Positions 16,088 to 24,683 are shown, numbered from the stretch's first letter. The stretch is 32,000 bases of DNA from Opitutia bacterium KCR 482 (GCA_029269845.2 CP149973.1:1530001-1562000); one strand, 5' to 3'. Notes: generated by a model not told the origin, from the letters alone. Translations and numbers: made by a program.

Positions 16088-16528
16088 ATGATTAGAAAAA
16101 TTACGGAAGCCGACAGGGAAATATATCTTGAATTTTCGCGGATGTTCTATGATTCGCCCGCAGTGCACGCGCCGATTCCCGAAAGCTATCGCGCGGCGGC
16201 GTTCGAGGAGATGGTTTCCTCCGACGATCGGCTTGCGGGCGCAATGCTCGAATGCGACGGCAGACCCGCGGGCTACGGGCTTGCAAGCAAAATGTATTCG
16301 CAGGAGGCGGGCGGCATACAGCTTTGGCTCGAAGAGCTATTCGTCCTGCCAGAATACCGCTCGCGCGGATTGGGCCGCGAGTTTATCGCCTACATGGAAA
16401 GCCTGCCGAATGTCGCAAGAATCCGTCTGGAATACGAAAAGAGCAATACGCGAGCCGCCGCGCTCTATCGGAAGCTCGGATATGCAGACATGCCCTACGA
16501 ACAGTTGGTGAAGAATATAAAAAAGTAG
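16088..16528 (+). CDS. GNAT family N-acetyltransferase
   Basis: This is a 146-aa ORF. The sequence 'LEELFVLPEYRSRGLGREFIAYME' is GNAT motif A (Q/R-x-x-G-x-G/A), and it is followed by 'NTRAAALYRKLGY'. Confidence 0.85.
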   Translation: MIRKITEADREIYLEFSRMFYDSPAVHAPIPESYRAAAFEEMVSSDDRLAGAMLECDGRPAGYGLASKMYSQEAGGIQLWLEELFVLPEYRSRGLGREFIAYMESLPNVARIRLEYEKSNTRAAALYRKLGYADMPYEQLVKNIKK

Positions 16529-16605
16529 GGCGGGGCGGGAGCGGGCATTTTTTGCGGTTCGAAAAAGGTTGATTATCGGCGAAGTCGCGCCACTTTGGTC
16601 TGCTT

Positions 16606-17625
16606 ATGAAATTTTTAAGCAGGATAGGTCTCGAGCCGTTCATCATCTGCCTGTTTGCGTCAATCGGGCTTGCGAAGCTTGCGCCGTCGGTGGGGATTGC
16701 CGAATTTTGCGGAATCACGCTTGGCGACGCCGCGACATGGGGCGTTGCGGGCATCTTCTTTTTCTACGGGCTGAAACTCGACAGGCAGAAGCTCGCGGCG
16801 GGGCTTGTAAACGCAAAGCTCCACCTGCTTGTGCAGGTTTCAACATTCGTGCTGTTCCCGCTGATAGTGCTCGGGGCGATGTGGCTTTTCGGCGCGTTCG
16901 ACGCGCGGGGCGACTTGCACTGGCTGTGGCTCGGGACGTTTTTCCTTGCCTCGCTGCCGTCAACGGTGTCGTCGAGCGTCGTGATGGTGTCGATTGCGGG
17001 CGGCAACATTCCCGCGGCAATTTTCAACGCGAGCATTTCGAGCCTCTTGGGCGTGTTTTTCACCCCGCTTCTGATGGGCATTTTCTTGGAGGGCGTGGAC
17101 GGCTCGCGCGGGCTGGGCGACGTTGTACTCAAACTCGTCTTTCAGGTGATAGTGCCCGTGGTTGCGGGCTTTGCGCTCAACCCGAAGTTCGGGCACATTG
17201 CGGCGGCGCACAAAAAGGCTCTGCGCAATTTCGACCAGCTCACGATTCTCTTAATAGTGTACACGTCGTTTTGCGATTCCTACGCAAAGGACATGTTCGC
17301 GGGCTTCCCGATGTCCGACCTCGTCGTGCTGTCGGTCGCAATGGTCGCGCTGTTCGTGTTCGCAATGGCGGTAGTCTGGGGCGTGTGCAAGCTTCTGCGC
17401 TTCAACCGCGAGGACACGATTACGGCGGTGTTCTGCGGTTCGAAAAAGTCGCTCGTGCACGGCTCTGTTATGAGCAAGGTGCTCTTCGACAACCCCGCGG
17501 TAATCGGCGTTGTGCTGCTGCCGACCATGCTCTACCACGCCTACCAGCTTATAATAGTGTCTATAATAGCGCAAAAACTGGGCAAGACTGCGGAATCGGA
17601 GGGCGGAAAAAAATCGGAAAAATAA
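16606..17625 (+). CDS. Bile acid:sodium symporter (BASS) / SBF-like family transporter
   Basis: This is a 339-aa polytopic ORF. It shows 'FFFYGLKLD...L......HLLVQ..TFVLFPL' and 'ASLPSTVSSSVVMVSIAGGN', which are typical of the YfeH/SBF-like branch. Confidence 0.8.
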   Translation: MKFLSRIGLEPFIICLFASIGLAKLAPSVGIAEFCGITLGDAATWGVAGIFFFYGLKLDRQKLAAGLVNAKLHLLVQVSTFVLFPLIVLGAMWLFGAFDARGDLHWLWLGTFFLASLPSTVSSSVVMVSIAGGNIPAAIFNASISSLLGVFFTPLLMGIFLEGVDGSRGLGDVVLKLVFQVIVPVVAGFALNPKFGHIAAAHKKALRNFDQLTILLIVYTSFCDSYAKDMFAGFPMSDLVVLSVAMVALFVFAMAVVWGVCKLLRFNREDTITAVFCGSKKSLVHGSVMSKVLFDNPAVIGVVLLPTMLYHAYQLIIVSIIAQKLGKTAESEGGKKSEK

Positions 17626-17639
17626 AATGAAAAAAATTC

Positions 17640-17667
17640 TTGACGAATTTCCACATATGCGTAGATT
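17640..17667 (+). promoter_or_regulatory. Candidate sigma70-type promoter of rplM-rpsI
   Basis: TTGACG (17640-17645), a 16-nt spacer, then TAGATT (17662-17667). The rplM ATG is at 17686, which implies a short leader without a Shine-Dalgarno sequence. Confidence 0.45.
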
Positions 17668-17685
17668 CCATACTTTTCTTTAAAA

Positions 17686-18111
17686 ATGAATACGACAATA
17701 GCAAAGAAAGAGGAGCAGAAGCAATGGTACGTAGTCGATGCCACCGACCAAGTACTGGGGCGTCTTGCCGTTAAGATTGCGAACGTATTGCGCGGCCGCA
17801 ATAAACCCATTTATACGCCCAATGTCGACTGTGGCGACCATGTCGTTGTAATCAACGCCGAAAAAGTCAAAGTCACGGGCAAAAAAGAAGAGAACAAGGA
17901 ATATATGTTCTACTCCGGATACGTCGGCGGCGAAAAATACGTCAAGCTTTCCGACTTCCGTGCGCGCAGACCCGAATATCTCATCGAGGCTGCGGTCAAG
18001 GGCATGCTTCCCAAGAACAAGCTCGCAAGAGACATCTTCACGAAGCTGCACGTCTACGCGGGCGCGGAACATCCGCACGCCGCTCAGCAACCCAAACCCT
18101 TCAACTTCTAA
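17686..18111 (+). CDS. rplM: 50S ribosomal protein L13
   Basis: The sequence 'WYVVDATDQVLGRLAVKIANVLRGRNKPIYTPNVDCGDHVVVINAEKV..TGKK...K.YY.HSGY.GG' is the canonical L13 sequence. Confidence 0.97.
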   Translation: MNTTIAKKEEQKQWYVVDATDQVLGRLAVKIANVLRGRNKPIYTPNVDCGDHVVVINAEKVKVTGKKEENKEYMFYSGYVGGEKYVKLSDFRARRPEYLIEAAVKGMLPKNKLARDIFTKLHVYAGAEHPHAAQQPKPFNF

Positions 18112-18119
18112 TTATCGAC

Positions 18120-18515
18120 ATGAGCGAAAACGAAATTTTTGTTTCCGTCGGACGTCGCAAAACGTCGGTAGCACGCGCCCGCCTCGCAAAAGGATCGGGC
18201 AAGCTTACCGTCAACGACAAGCCCCTCGAAGAATACTGCTACACAGACCAGCTCTCGATGTTGGCTCTCCGTCCGCTCGTTTGCACTGCGACGCGCAACT
18301 CGGTTGACGCCGATATCAACGTAAAGGGCGGCGGCCCCGTCGGTCAGGCGGGCGCAATCAGCCACGCTCTCGCGAGAGCGCTCCAAAAGATGGACGAATC
18401 GCTCCGCCCCGTTCTCAAACAGAACGGACTCATCACGCGAGACCCGCGTGCCAAGGAACGTAAGAAGTCCGGTCAGCCCGGCGCGCGCAAACGCTTCCAG
18501 TTCTCAAAGCGTTAA
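18120..18515 (+). CDS. rpsI: 30S ribosomal protein S9
   Basis: It shows 'GRRKTSVARARL..GSG...VN', 'GGGPVGQAGAISHALARAL' and the C-terminal 'LITRDPRAKERKKSGQPGARKRFQFSKR'. Confidence 0.97.
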   Translation: MSENEIFVSVGRRKTSVARARLAKGSGKLTVNDKPLEEYCYTDQLSMLALRPLVCTATRNSVDADINVKGGGPVGQAGAISHALARALQKMDESLRPVLKQNGLITRDPRAKERKKSGQPGARKRFQFSKR

Positions 18516-18540
18516 TTCGCAAGAGATTCCTTTTTACTCG

Positions 18541-18575
18541 AAGCCCTTCCGCGCAAGCGGTGGGGCTTTTGTACT
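18541..18575 (+). terminator. Candidate Rho-independent terminator after rpsI
   Basis: AAGCCC (18541-18546) pairs with GGGCTT (18563-18568) around an inner CCGC-GCAA-GCGG stem-loop. It is followed by the T-rich TTGTACTTTCATTCTTTC. Confidence 0.6.
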
Positions 18576-18947
18576 TTCATTCTTTCTCATTCAATTGCGC
18601 CGCGCTGTCGGACAGCCGTTTTGCGCCGCGGTTTTGACCCGCGGGGCGCGGACGTTCGGCTCGAAACTCTCGGCAAGCTCCGCGCGGCTTCCCGCGCATT
18701 TGCGGCGTTTTGCGACACCGCAATTCCCCGCGGAATGTCGGGCGGCGGATTTCCGACTTTCGGCGTTCGCTGAGTGCCCGCATTCGGGAAACCGCCGTTT
18801 GGCGCGGTTTTCGGCTTGGGCGCGACCGCGACTCGCGGACGGCTTGCTTACCGTAGGGTGGGCGACCGCTTGCTTTCGGACGGGGGCTTTGCCGCTTTGT
18901 GGCGGCTGGGGCTTCTTGGCTGGGCGGCGGAGCTTCTTCAAGCAAAA

Positions 18948-19026
18948 CGGGGCTACCTTTGGGGGCGCGGTTCTGCGCGAAAGCGGGGCTTTGCCTACCT
19001 TTGGGCTTGGCTTTTGCCGAAAGCGG
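18948..19026. repeat. Two head-to-tail degenerate repeat units (about 39 and 43 nt) inside the rpsI-argC spacer
   Basis: Unit 1 (18948-18986) is cggggct-acctttggg-...-cgaaagcgg. Unit 2 (18984-19026) is cggggct(ttgcct)acctttggg-...-cgaaagcgg. They share the words 'cggggct', 'ctacctttggg' and 'cgaaagcgg'. A further copy of 'ggggctttgcc' lies at about 18884-18894. Confidence 0.5.
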
Positions 19027-19136
19027 AGTTTGGCGTTTGTTGCGAAGCGCGGCTTGCGGGTTTTGCGGGCGGCGCGGACTGCGGACGCCGAAAACAAAAC
19101 AACCCTCCTGCGGGAGGGACAAAAAATTTCATCATC

Positions 19137-20171
19137 ATGGACAGAAAAATCAAAGCTGGAATTACGGGTGCATCGGGTTATGCCGGCATTGAACTTGTAA
19201 GAATTTTGGCGCGCCACCCGTCGGTGGAGCTTGCGTGCGTTACGTCGCGAAGCCTTGCGGGTACGCTTGTTGCCGACAACATGCCCTCGCTCAGGCACCT
19301 GCTTCCCGCGGACATGAAATTTCTTCCGTCCGATCCCGCCGAACAGGCGAAAATGGACATCGACGTCTGGTTCCTCGCGCTTCCGCACGGAGCCGCCGCC
19401 GAATACGCAAAGCCGCTTGTCGAGGCCGGCAAGACCGTAATCGACCTTTCCGCCGACTTCCGCCTGCACTCGCTCGACATCTACAAAGAGTACTACAAGG
19501 AGGACCACCGCGCGCCCGAACTGTTGAAGCTCGGCAAGTACGTCATCGCCGAGCTTTTCCCCGTCTCGCGCGAAGACAAGCTCATTGCCTGCGCGGGCTG
19601 CTACCCCACGAGCATCTTGACGCCGCTGATTCCGCTCATGCGCGAAAACGCCGTCAGCCGCGAGCACATCGTAATAGACAGTTATAGCGGCGTTTCGGGC
19701 GCGGGCAAAAAGGCGGACTTGGGCTACATTTTCTGCGAGCGCAACGAGAGCGCAAAAGCCTACGGACTCCCGAAACACAGACACCTCTCCGAAATCGAGG
19801 AGGAGCTTTCCATTGCCGCGGGCGAAAAGGTCGTCGTGCAGTTCAACCCGCACCTCGCGCCCATGACGCGCGGCATTTCGACGACAATCACCGTTCCCGC
19901 AAAATACGAGGGCGTTGAGAAAATCTACGAAATCTGGCACAAATATTACGACGGCAAACCCTTCGTGAAAATCCTCAAATCGGGCTCGTATCCCGACACG
20001 CTTTTTGTCGCCAACACCAACCGCTGCGACATCGCCGCGTTCTACGACCCGCGCACTAAAAACCTCGTAATTTGCAGCGTTATCGACAACCTCGTCAAGG
20101 GCGCAAGCGGTCAGGCGGTGCAGATTATGAACCTCATCTTCGGCTTCGACGAAACGGCGGGGCTGCTCTAA
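19137..20171 (+). CDS. argC: N-acetyl-gamma-glutamyl-phosphate reductase
   Basis: I trimmed track ORF 18774..20171 to ATG 19137 (MDRKIKAGITGASGYAGIELVRILARHP...). The sequence 'ACAGCYPTS' contains the catalytic Cys, and the C-terminal 'DNLVKGASGQAVQ.MNL..G' is present. Confidence 0.95.
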   Translation: MDRKIKAGITGASGYAGIELVRILARHPSVELACVTSRSLAGTLVADNMPSLRHLLPADMKFLPSDPAEQAKMDIDVWFLALPHGAAAEYAKPLVEAGKTVIDLSADFRLHSLDIYKEYYKEDHRAPELLKLGKYVIAELFPVSREDKLIACAGCYPTSILTPLIPLMRENAVSREHIVIDSYSGVSGAGKKADLGYIFCERNESAKAYGLPKHRHLSEIEEELSIAAGEKVVVQFNPHLAPMTRGISTTITVPAKYEGVEKIYEIWHKYYDGKPFVKILKSGSYPDTLFVANTNRCDIAAFYDPRTKNLVICSVIDNLVKGASGQAVQIMNLIFGFDETAGLL

Positions 20172-20207
20172 TTTTTCAAAAACAAACAATCTCAAATTTC
20201 TACAAAA

Positions 20208-21446
20208 ATGGATAAGAATTATAAAATCGAAACAATCGAGGACGTTCCCGGACTCGGCGCGGTAAACGGTTTCAAAGTGGCGGGCGCGGCATGCGACATC
20301 CGCAACAAGGGCGACGAAAGCCGCCTCGACGTCGCGCTTATCGTCTCCGACACTCCCGCGACGGCGTCGGGCGTTTTCACCACAAACGACGTGAAGGCAG
20401 CTCCCGTCATGCTCGACATGGCGCACCTCGAAGCTTCGACGAAAGCAAAGGCGATAGTCGCAAACAGCGGCAACGCCAACGCGTGCACGGGCGACAGGGG
20501 CATGAAGGACGCCGCCGACACCTGCGCGTTCGTGGCCGAAATCTTCGGCGCGAAGCCCGAACAGGTTCTCGTCTGCTCGACGGGCAGAATCGGCGAATTC
20601 ATGCCGATGGAAAAGCTCCGCAGGGGAATCAAAAAGGCGTCGGAAATCCTTTCGTCGTCGGACGAGTCGAGCGCGGCGGCGGCTTCGGCAATCATGACTT
20701 CCGACACGCGCCCGAAAACGGTTTTGGTCAACGTCGAAGTCGGCGGCAAAAAGTTCCGCGTGGCGGGCATGGCAAAGGGCGCGGGCATGATTGAGCCGAA
20801 CATGGCGACAATGCTCGCGTTCCTCGCAAGCGATGTTTCGGTTTCGCAGAACCTCTTGAAGGAAACGCTTAAATCGGCGGCGAACAAGACTTTCAACCGC
20901 ATTACCGTAGACGGCGACATGAGCACGAACGACACCGTGCTCTGCCTTTGCAACGGCGCAAGCGGCGTGGAGATTTCCGAAAAAGACGCCGACGCGATAG
21001 AGGCGTTCCGCGCGGCGGTCGTCGAGGCGTCGAGGGTTTTGGCGCGCAAAATCGTGGGCGACGGCGAGAAAATCACGAAAGTCGTGGAGGTGAAAGTTGT
21101 GGGCGCGCGCGACGAGGCGCAGGCCGAGAAAATCTGCCGCTCAATCGGCAATTCGCTTCTTGTGAAGTCGTCGTGGTTCGGCTGCGACCCCAACTGGGGA
21201 CGCCTTACCGACGCCGCTGGATACGCGCGCACGGGTCTTGTTCTCGACAAGCTCGACCTCTTCTACGACGGCGTGGAAGTGCTCCGCAAGGGGCAGCCCG
21301 TAGACGAAAACAAGCCGCTTTGGAGGAAAATCGTCTCCAACAAAACGTTTACAATTCTCATGAACCTCAATCTCGGCACTGCGGAAGAGTCCATTCTCGC
21401 CGCCGACCTCACCGAGGGCTACGTCAACTTCAATAAGGGCGAATAA
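20208..21446 (+). CDS. argJ: Bifunctional glutamate N-acetyltransferase / amino-acid acetyltransferase ArgJ
   Basis: This is a 412-aa ORF. The self-cleavage site 'GMIEPNMATMLAFLASD' (A-T-M-L) is present, along with 'FTTN..KAAPV' and the C-terminal 'DLTEGYV.FN'. Confidence 0.95.
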   Translation: MDKNYKIETIEDVPGLGAVNGFKVAGAACDIRNKGDESRLDVALIVSDTPATASGVFTTNDVKAAPVMLDMAHLEASTKAKAIVANSGNANACTGDRGMKDAADTCAFVAEIFGAKPEQVLVCSTGRIGEFMPMEKLRRGIKKASEILSSSDESSAAAASAIMTSDTRPKTVLVNVEVGGKKFRVAGMAKGAGMIEPNMATMLAFLASDVSVSQNLLKETLKSAANKTFNRITVDGDMSTNDTVLCLCNGASGVEISEKDADAIEAFRAAVVEASRVLARKIVGDGEKITKVVEVKVVGARDEAQAEKICRSIGNSLLVKSSWFGCDPNWGRLTDAAGYARTGLVLDKLDLFYDGVEVLRKGQPVDENKPLWRKIVSNKTFTILMNLNLGTAEESILAADLTEGYVNFNKGE

Positions 21447-21485
21447 TACCGCCCGATTGCCAACATCAAAAACGGTTAATTTGAA

Positions 21486-22391
21486 ATGGAAAGTATTAAC
21501 ATAGACGAGGCCTCCAAAAAGGCGGGAATTTTGATTGAGGCCCTGCCGTACATCAGACGCTTCAAGGGTTCGATATTCGTCGTCAAATACGGCGGCGCGT
21601 TTATGGACGACCCCAATCCGCAGGTTCGCGCGTCGGTCGCGCAGGACATTTCGTTTCTGGCGGCGGCGGGCATAAACGTCGTCGTGGTCCACGGCGGCGG
21701 CAAGGCAATCAGCCGTGCAATGTCGAGCGCGGGGCTTCAGCCCGAATTCAAAAACGGCATGCGCATTACAGACGAAAAAACCGTCTCGATTGTCGAGGAC
21801 GTTTTGAACAACGGCGTCAACGCCGAAATCGTCGAAATGCTCGAATCGCAGGGCTGCTCCGCCCGCGGAATACGCGGCAACGACGTCCTCCGCTGCGAAA
21901 AGCTCTTTTCGGCGGGCGAAAACGGCGAAAAAATCGACATTGGCTACGTCGGAAAAATTTCCTCCGTCATCGCCGCGCCTATCGAAAGGGCGATTGCCGA
22001 GGGGCGAACGCCCGTGGTATCGCCAATCGCGCTCGGCGCGGACTCGCACCCGTACAACACGAACGCGGACGTCGCGGCGTCGGCGGTCGCGGCGGCGTTG
22101 AAAGCCCGCAGGCTCGTGTTCCTCTGCGATGTCCCCGGCCTCATGCGCGACCCGAAAGACCGCTCGACGCTCATCTCGCACCTGAAAGTGGGCGAGGTCG
22201 AGGGGCTGAAAAAGTCGGGCGTAATCGGCGGCGGAATGATGCCGAAAGTCGACAGCGGCGTGGACGCCATCAACAGGGGCGTAAGGCGCGTGCACTTTGT
22301 GGACGGCTACATGCCGCACAGCCTGCTTCTCGAAATTTTCACCGATAGGGGAATCGGAACGGAAATCGTTGCGTCCTCCAAACAGGATTAA
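21486..22391 (+). CDS. argB: Acetylglutamate kinase
   Basis: It shows 'LIEALPYIRRFKGSIFVVKYGGAFM', 'VVVHGGG' and 'NTNADVAASAVAAAL.A..L.FL.DV.G'. Confidence 0.95.
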   Translation: MESINIDEASKKAGILIEALPYIRRFKGSIFVVKYGGAFMDDPNPQVRASVAQDISFLAAAGINVVVVHGGGKAISRAMSSAGLQPEFKNGMRITDEKTVSIVEDVLNNGVNAEIVEMLESQGCSARGIRGNDVLRCEKLFSAGENGEKIDIGYVGKISSVIAAPIERAIAEGRTPVVSPIALGADSHPYNTNADVAASAVAAALKARRLVFLCDVPGLMRDPKDRSTLISHLKVGEVEGLKKSGVIGGGMMPKVDSGVDAINRGVRRVHFVDGYMPHSLLLEIFTDRGIGTEIVASSKQD

Positions 22392-22393
22392 CC

Positions 22394-23590
22394 ATGACGA
22401 CAAAAGAAAAAACCTACAAATACGCAATGCCCACTTTCGGCGACCGCGACTTCACCGTCGCCAAGGGCAAGGGTTGCAAACTTTACGACGAAGACGGAAA
22501 CGAGTACCTCGACTTCGGCGCGGGAATCGCCGTGGACAGCATAGGGCACTGCCACCCGCGCTGGGTCAAGGCAATCGCAAAACAGGCGGAAACGCTCGCG
22601 CATTGCAGCAACCTCTACATGACAAAACCCAACGCCGACCTCTGCGAAAAACTGGTTTCGGAAATCGGCGCGGGCAAGATTTTCCTGTGCAACAGCGGCA
22701 CGGAGGCGAACGAGGCGCTCATCAAGGCGGCGCGTCTGTACGGCCAGAAAGTGTCGGGCAAAGAGGGCGCGAAATGCAAAATCGTAACCGCCTACGACGG
22801 CTTCCACGGCAGGACGATGGGCTGCGTCGCCGCGACCGCCCAGAAGAAAATCCAGAAGGGCTTTGCGCCCATGCTCGGCGGCTTCGACTACGCCGTGTTC
22901 AACGATTTGGCTTCGTTCGAAAAGGTCGTTGACGACGACACCGCCGCGGTAATCGTAGAGCCTGTGCAGGGCGAGAGCGGCGTAACGCCCGCGTCTCCGA
23001 AGTTTTTGAAGGGTCTGAAAGCCCTCTGCAAAAAACACAAGGCGCTGCTTTTCTTCGACGAAGTGCAGTGCGGATTCGGCCGCTGCGGTGCGTTCCTTGC
23101 GTCGCAGAGAATCGGCGTGAAGCCCGACGGCGTCTCGATGGCTAAGGGCTTGGGCGGCGGATTCCCCATCGGCGCGATTTGGCTTTCCGCGCCCTACGCA
23201 AACATCTTCACCCCAGGCTCGCACGGCACGACTTTCGGCGGCAACGCCCTCGCGTGCGCGGCGGCTTTGGCGACGATTTCCGTCGTCGAAAAGGGGAAAC
23301 TCGTTGAGAACGCCGCGAAGATGGGCGAACGCCTTTCGGACGGATTGCAGAAAATTGCCAAAAAGTATCCGAAAATCGTAAAACTTACGAGGGGATTGGG
23401 GCTTATGCGCGCCGCGCTCTTCAACGAGCCTTACACGAACGCGGACATCTGCAAAAAACTCAGGAACAACGGGCTGATTCTCATTCCCGCTGGCGCGAAT
23501 GCGCTGCGCTTCCTGCCGCCGCTGAACGTAAAGGCGTCCGAAATAGACAAGGCGCTCAAAATTTTCGACAAAACATTGGGAGAACTCTAA
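22394..23590 (+). CDS. argD: Acetylornithine aminotransferase (class III PLP aminotransferase)
   Basis: It shows 'NSGTEANEALIKAAR', 'FHGRTMG', 'DEVQCGFGRCG' and 'SMAKGLGGGFPIGA' (the PLP Lys). It lies within the arg operon. Confidence 0.9.
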   Translation: MTTKEKTYKYAMPTFGDRDFTVAKGKGCKLYDEDGNEYLDFGAGIAVDSIGHCHPRWVKAIAKQAETLAHCSNLYMTKPNADLCEKLVSEIGAGKIFLCNSGTEANEALIKAARLYGQKVSGKEGAKCKIVTAYDGFHGRTMGCVAATAQKKIQKGFAPMLGGFDYAVFNDLASFEKVVDDDTAAVIVEPVQGESGVTPASPKFLKGLKALCKKHKALLFFDEVQCGFGRCGAFLASQRIGVKPDGVSMAKGLGGGFPIGAIWLSAPYANIFTPGSHGTTFGGNALACAAALATISVVEKGKLVENAAKMGERLSDGLQKIAKKYPKIVKLTRGLGLMRAALFNEPYTNADICKKLRNNGLILIPAGANALRFLPPLNVKASEIDKALKIFDKTLGEL

Positions 23591-23591
23591 A

Positions 23592-24545
23592 ATGGTAAGA
23601 TCATTTCTTAAAGACACCGACTTCACACCCGCGGAGGCGACCGAAGTTTTCGCCCTCGCCAACCGCTACAAGAAACTCCGCTCGGCGGGGCGTCTCGACG
23701 TTCTCAAAGGGCAGAGCTGGGGGCTGATTTTCTTCAAAAAGAGCACGCGCACGCGCCTTTCGTTCGAGGCTGGCGTCTACGAGCTTGGCGGCCACCCCAT
23801 GATGATGAACGCAAACGACCTCCAACTCTCGCGCGGCGAGACTGTCGAGGACACCGCCCACATCATGGGAAGATTCCTGCACGGACTTGTAATCAGGACG
23901 TTCGAGCAGGAGATTGTCGAAAAGTTCGCCGAAAATTCGGGCCTGCCCGTCGTCAACGCGCTTACCGACCTGCTCCACCCCTGCCAGAGCTACACCGACA
24001 TGTTCACGATGATGGAAGTTTTCAGCAAGGGCGAACCGAGCGTCGAGTCCCTCAAAGGCAAAAAGTTCGCGTTCTTCGGCGACACCGCGTGCAACATGGC
24101 GTACTCGCTCGCATTGGCGGGAAGCATGTTCGGCGTCGAGGTCGTGCTCTGCGGGCCGGAGGAATTCGCGCCCGAACCCGTGCTCGACAAGCTTTTCGAT
24201 GACGCAAAACTGCCCAAAAACTACCGCTTTACAAGCGACCCCGCCGACGCCGCAAAGGGCGCGAACGTCATCTACACCGACGTTTGGGTCAGCATGGGCA
24301 AGGAGGACGAAAAGGCGGAACGCCTCAAAACGCTCGCGCCGTACCAAGTCAACGAAAAGCTGTTCGGCATGGCGGCGGACGACTCCGTTTTCATGCACTG
24401 CCTGCCCGCGCACTCGGGCGAGGAAGTCTCCGAGGGCGTCCTGCGCGGCAAACGCAGCGTGATTTTCGACCAGGCGGAAAACCGCCTCCACGTCCAAAAG
24501 GCTATCGTCAGCTACTTGGTGCAGAAAAACAGGGGCGACCTCTAA
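23592..24545 (+). CDS. argF: Ornithine carbamoyltransferase (canonical OTCase motifs)
   Basis: It shows 'FFKKSTRTRLSFE' (S-T-R-T-R), 'HPCQ', 'DVWVSMG' (the D-x-x-x-S-M-G ornithine site) and 'HCLPA'. Confidence 0.9.
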   Translation: MVRSFLKDTDFTPAEATEVFALANRYKKLRSAGRLDVLKGQSWGLIFFKKSTRTRLSFEAGVYELGGHPMMMNANDLQLSRGETVEDTAHIMGRFLHGLVIRTFEQEIVEKFAENSGLPVVNALTDLLHPCQSYTDMFTMMEVFSKGEPSVESLKGKKFAFFGDTACNMAYSLALAGSMFGVEVVLCGPEEFAPEPVLDKLFDDAKLPKNYRFTSDPADAAKGANVIYTDVWVSMGKEDEKAERLKTLAPYQVNEKLFGMAADDSVFMHCLPAHSGEEVSEGVLRGKRSVIFDQAENRLHVQKAIVSYLVQKNRGDL

Positions 24546-24560
24546 TCCCGAACTTTTCGA

Positions 24561-24592
24561 ACGCGCCCGCCGCAAACGGGCGCGTTTTTTTT
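24561..24592 (+). terminator. Rho-independent terminator after argF
   Basis: A perfect 9-bp stem, ACGCGCCCG (24561-24569) with CGGGCGCGT (24577-24585), is followed by TTTTTTTT. Confidence 0.8.
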
Positions 24593-24683
24593 GTCCGCTT
24601 ATTGCGCGGTTTTATAGTAAGAAAAAGCTTCCATTGCGGAAAAATAGGGTTATAAAAGAGGAAATTTTTAAAAGGAAAATACA

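Noticed and set aside
18948-19026. I considered whether the tandem repeats are a CRISPR array.
   Set aside because: There are only two or three degenerate units, the repeats are not exact, there is no alternation of unique spacers of regular length, and no cas genes are in the window.
18577-19122. A 181-aa highly basic minus-strand ORF (TTG start) filling the rpsI-argC spacer. Its codon usage superficially resembles the genome's.
   Set aside because: It has no domain and is Pro/Arg/Lys/Gln low-complexity. Its start sits 15 nt from the argC ATG, leaving no promoter space. A second overlapping minus frame is equally open, which argues for a compositional artefact. I kept the region as a non-coding finding instead.
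18576-19136. I considered whether the spacer encodes RNase P RNA, tmRNA or SRP RNA.
   Set aside because: I looked by eye for hallmark strings: the RNase P P4 'GAAAGTCCGGGC', the SRP 'GGAAGGAAGCAGC', and a tmRNA tRNA-like 3' end with T-arm plus CCA. I found none. This is only a visual check, not a covariance-model search.
18591-20426. A 611-aa minus-strand ORF, and similar very long ORFs antisense to real genes: 21141..22427-, 22388..23662-, 23601..24575-, 25849..27135-, 27930..29141-, 29872..31101-, 30783..31862-, 2536..3606-, 5688..6680-, 9456..10076-, 621..1619+, 736..1482-, 4656..5945+ and 8897..10111+.
   Set aside because: Each overlaps, on the opposite strand or in another frame, a gene with unmistakable family motifs (argC, argB, argD, argF, ugd, leuA, macA/macB-like, and so on). 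Their translations are Arg/Gly/Pro/Val-rich low-complexity strings with no motifs. This is the classic shadow-ORF pattern of GC-rich DNA.
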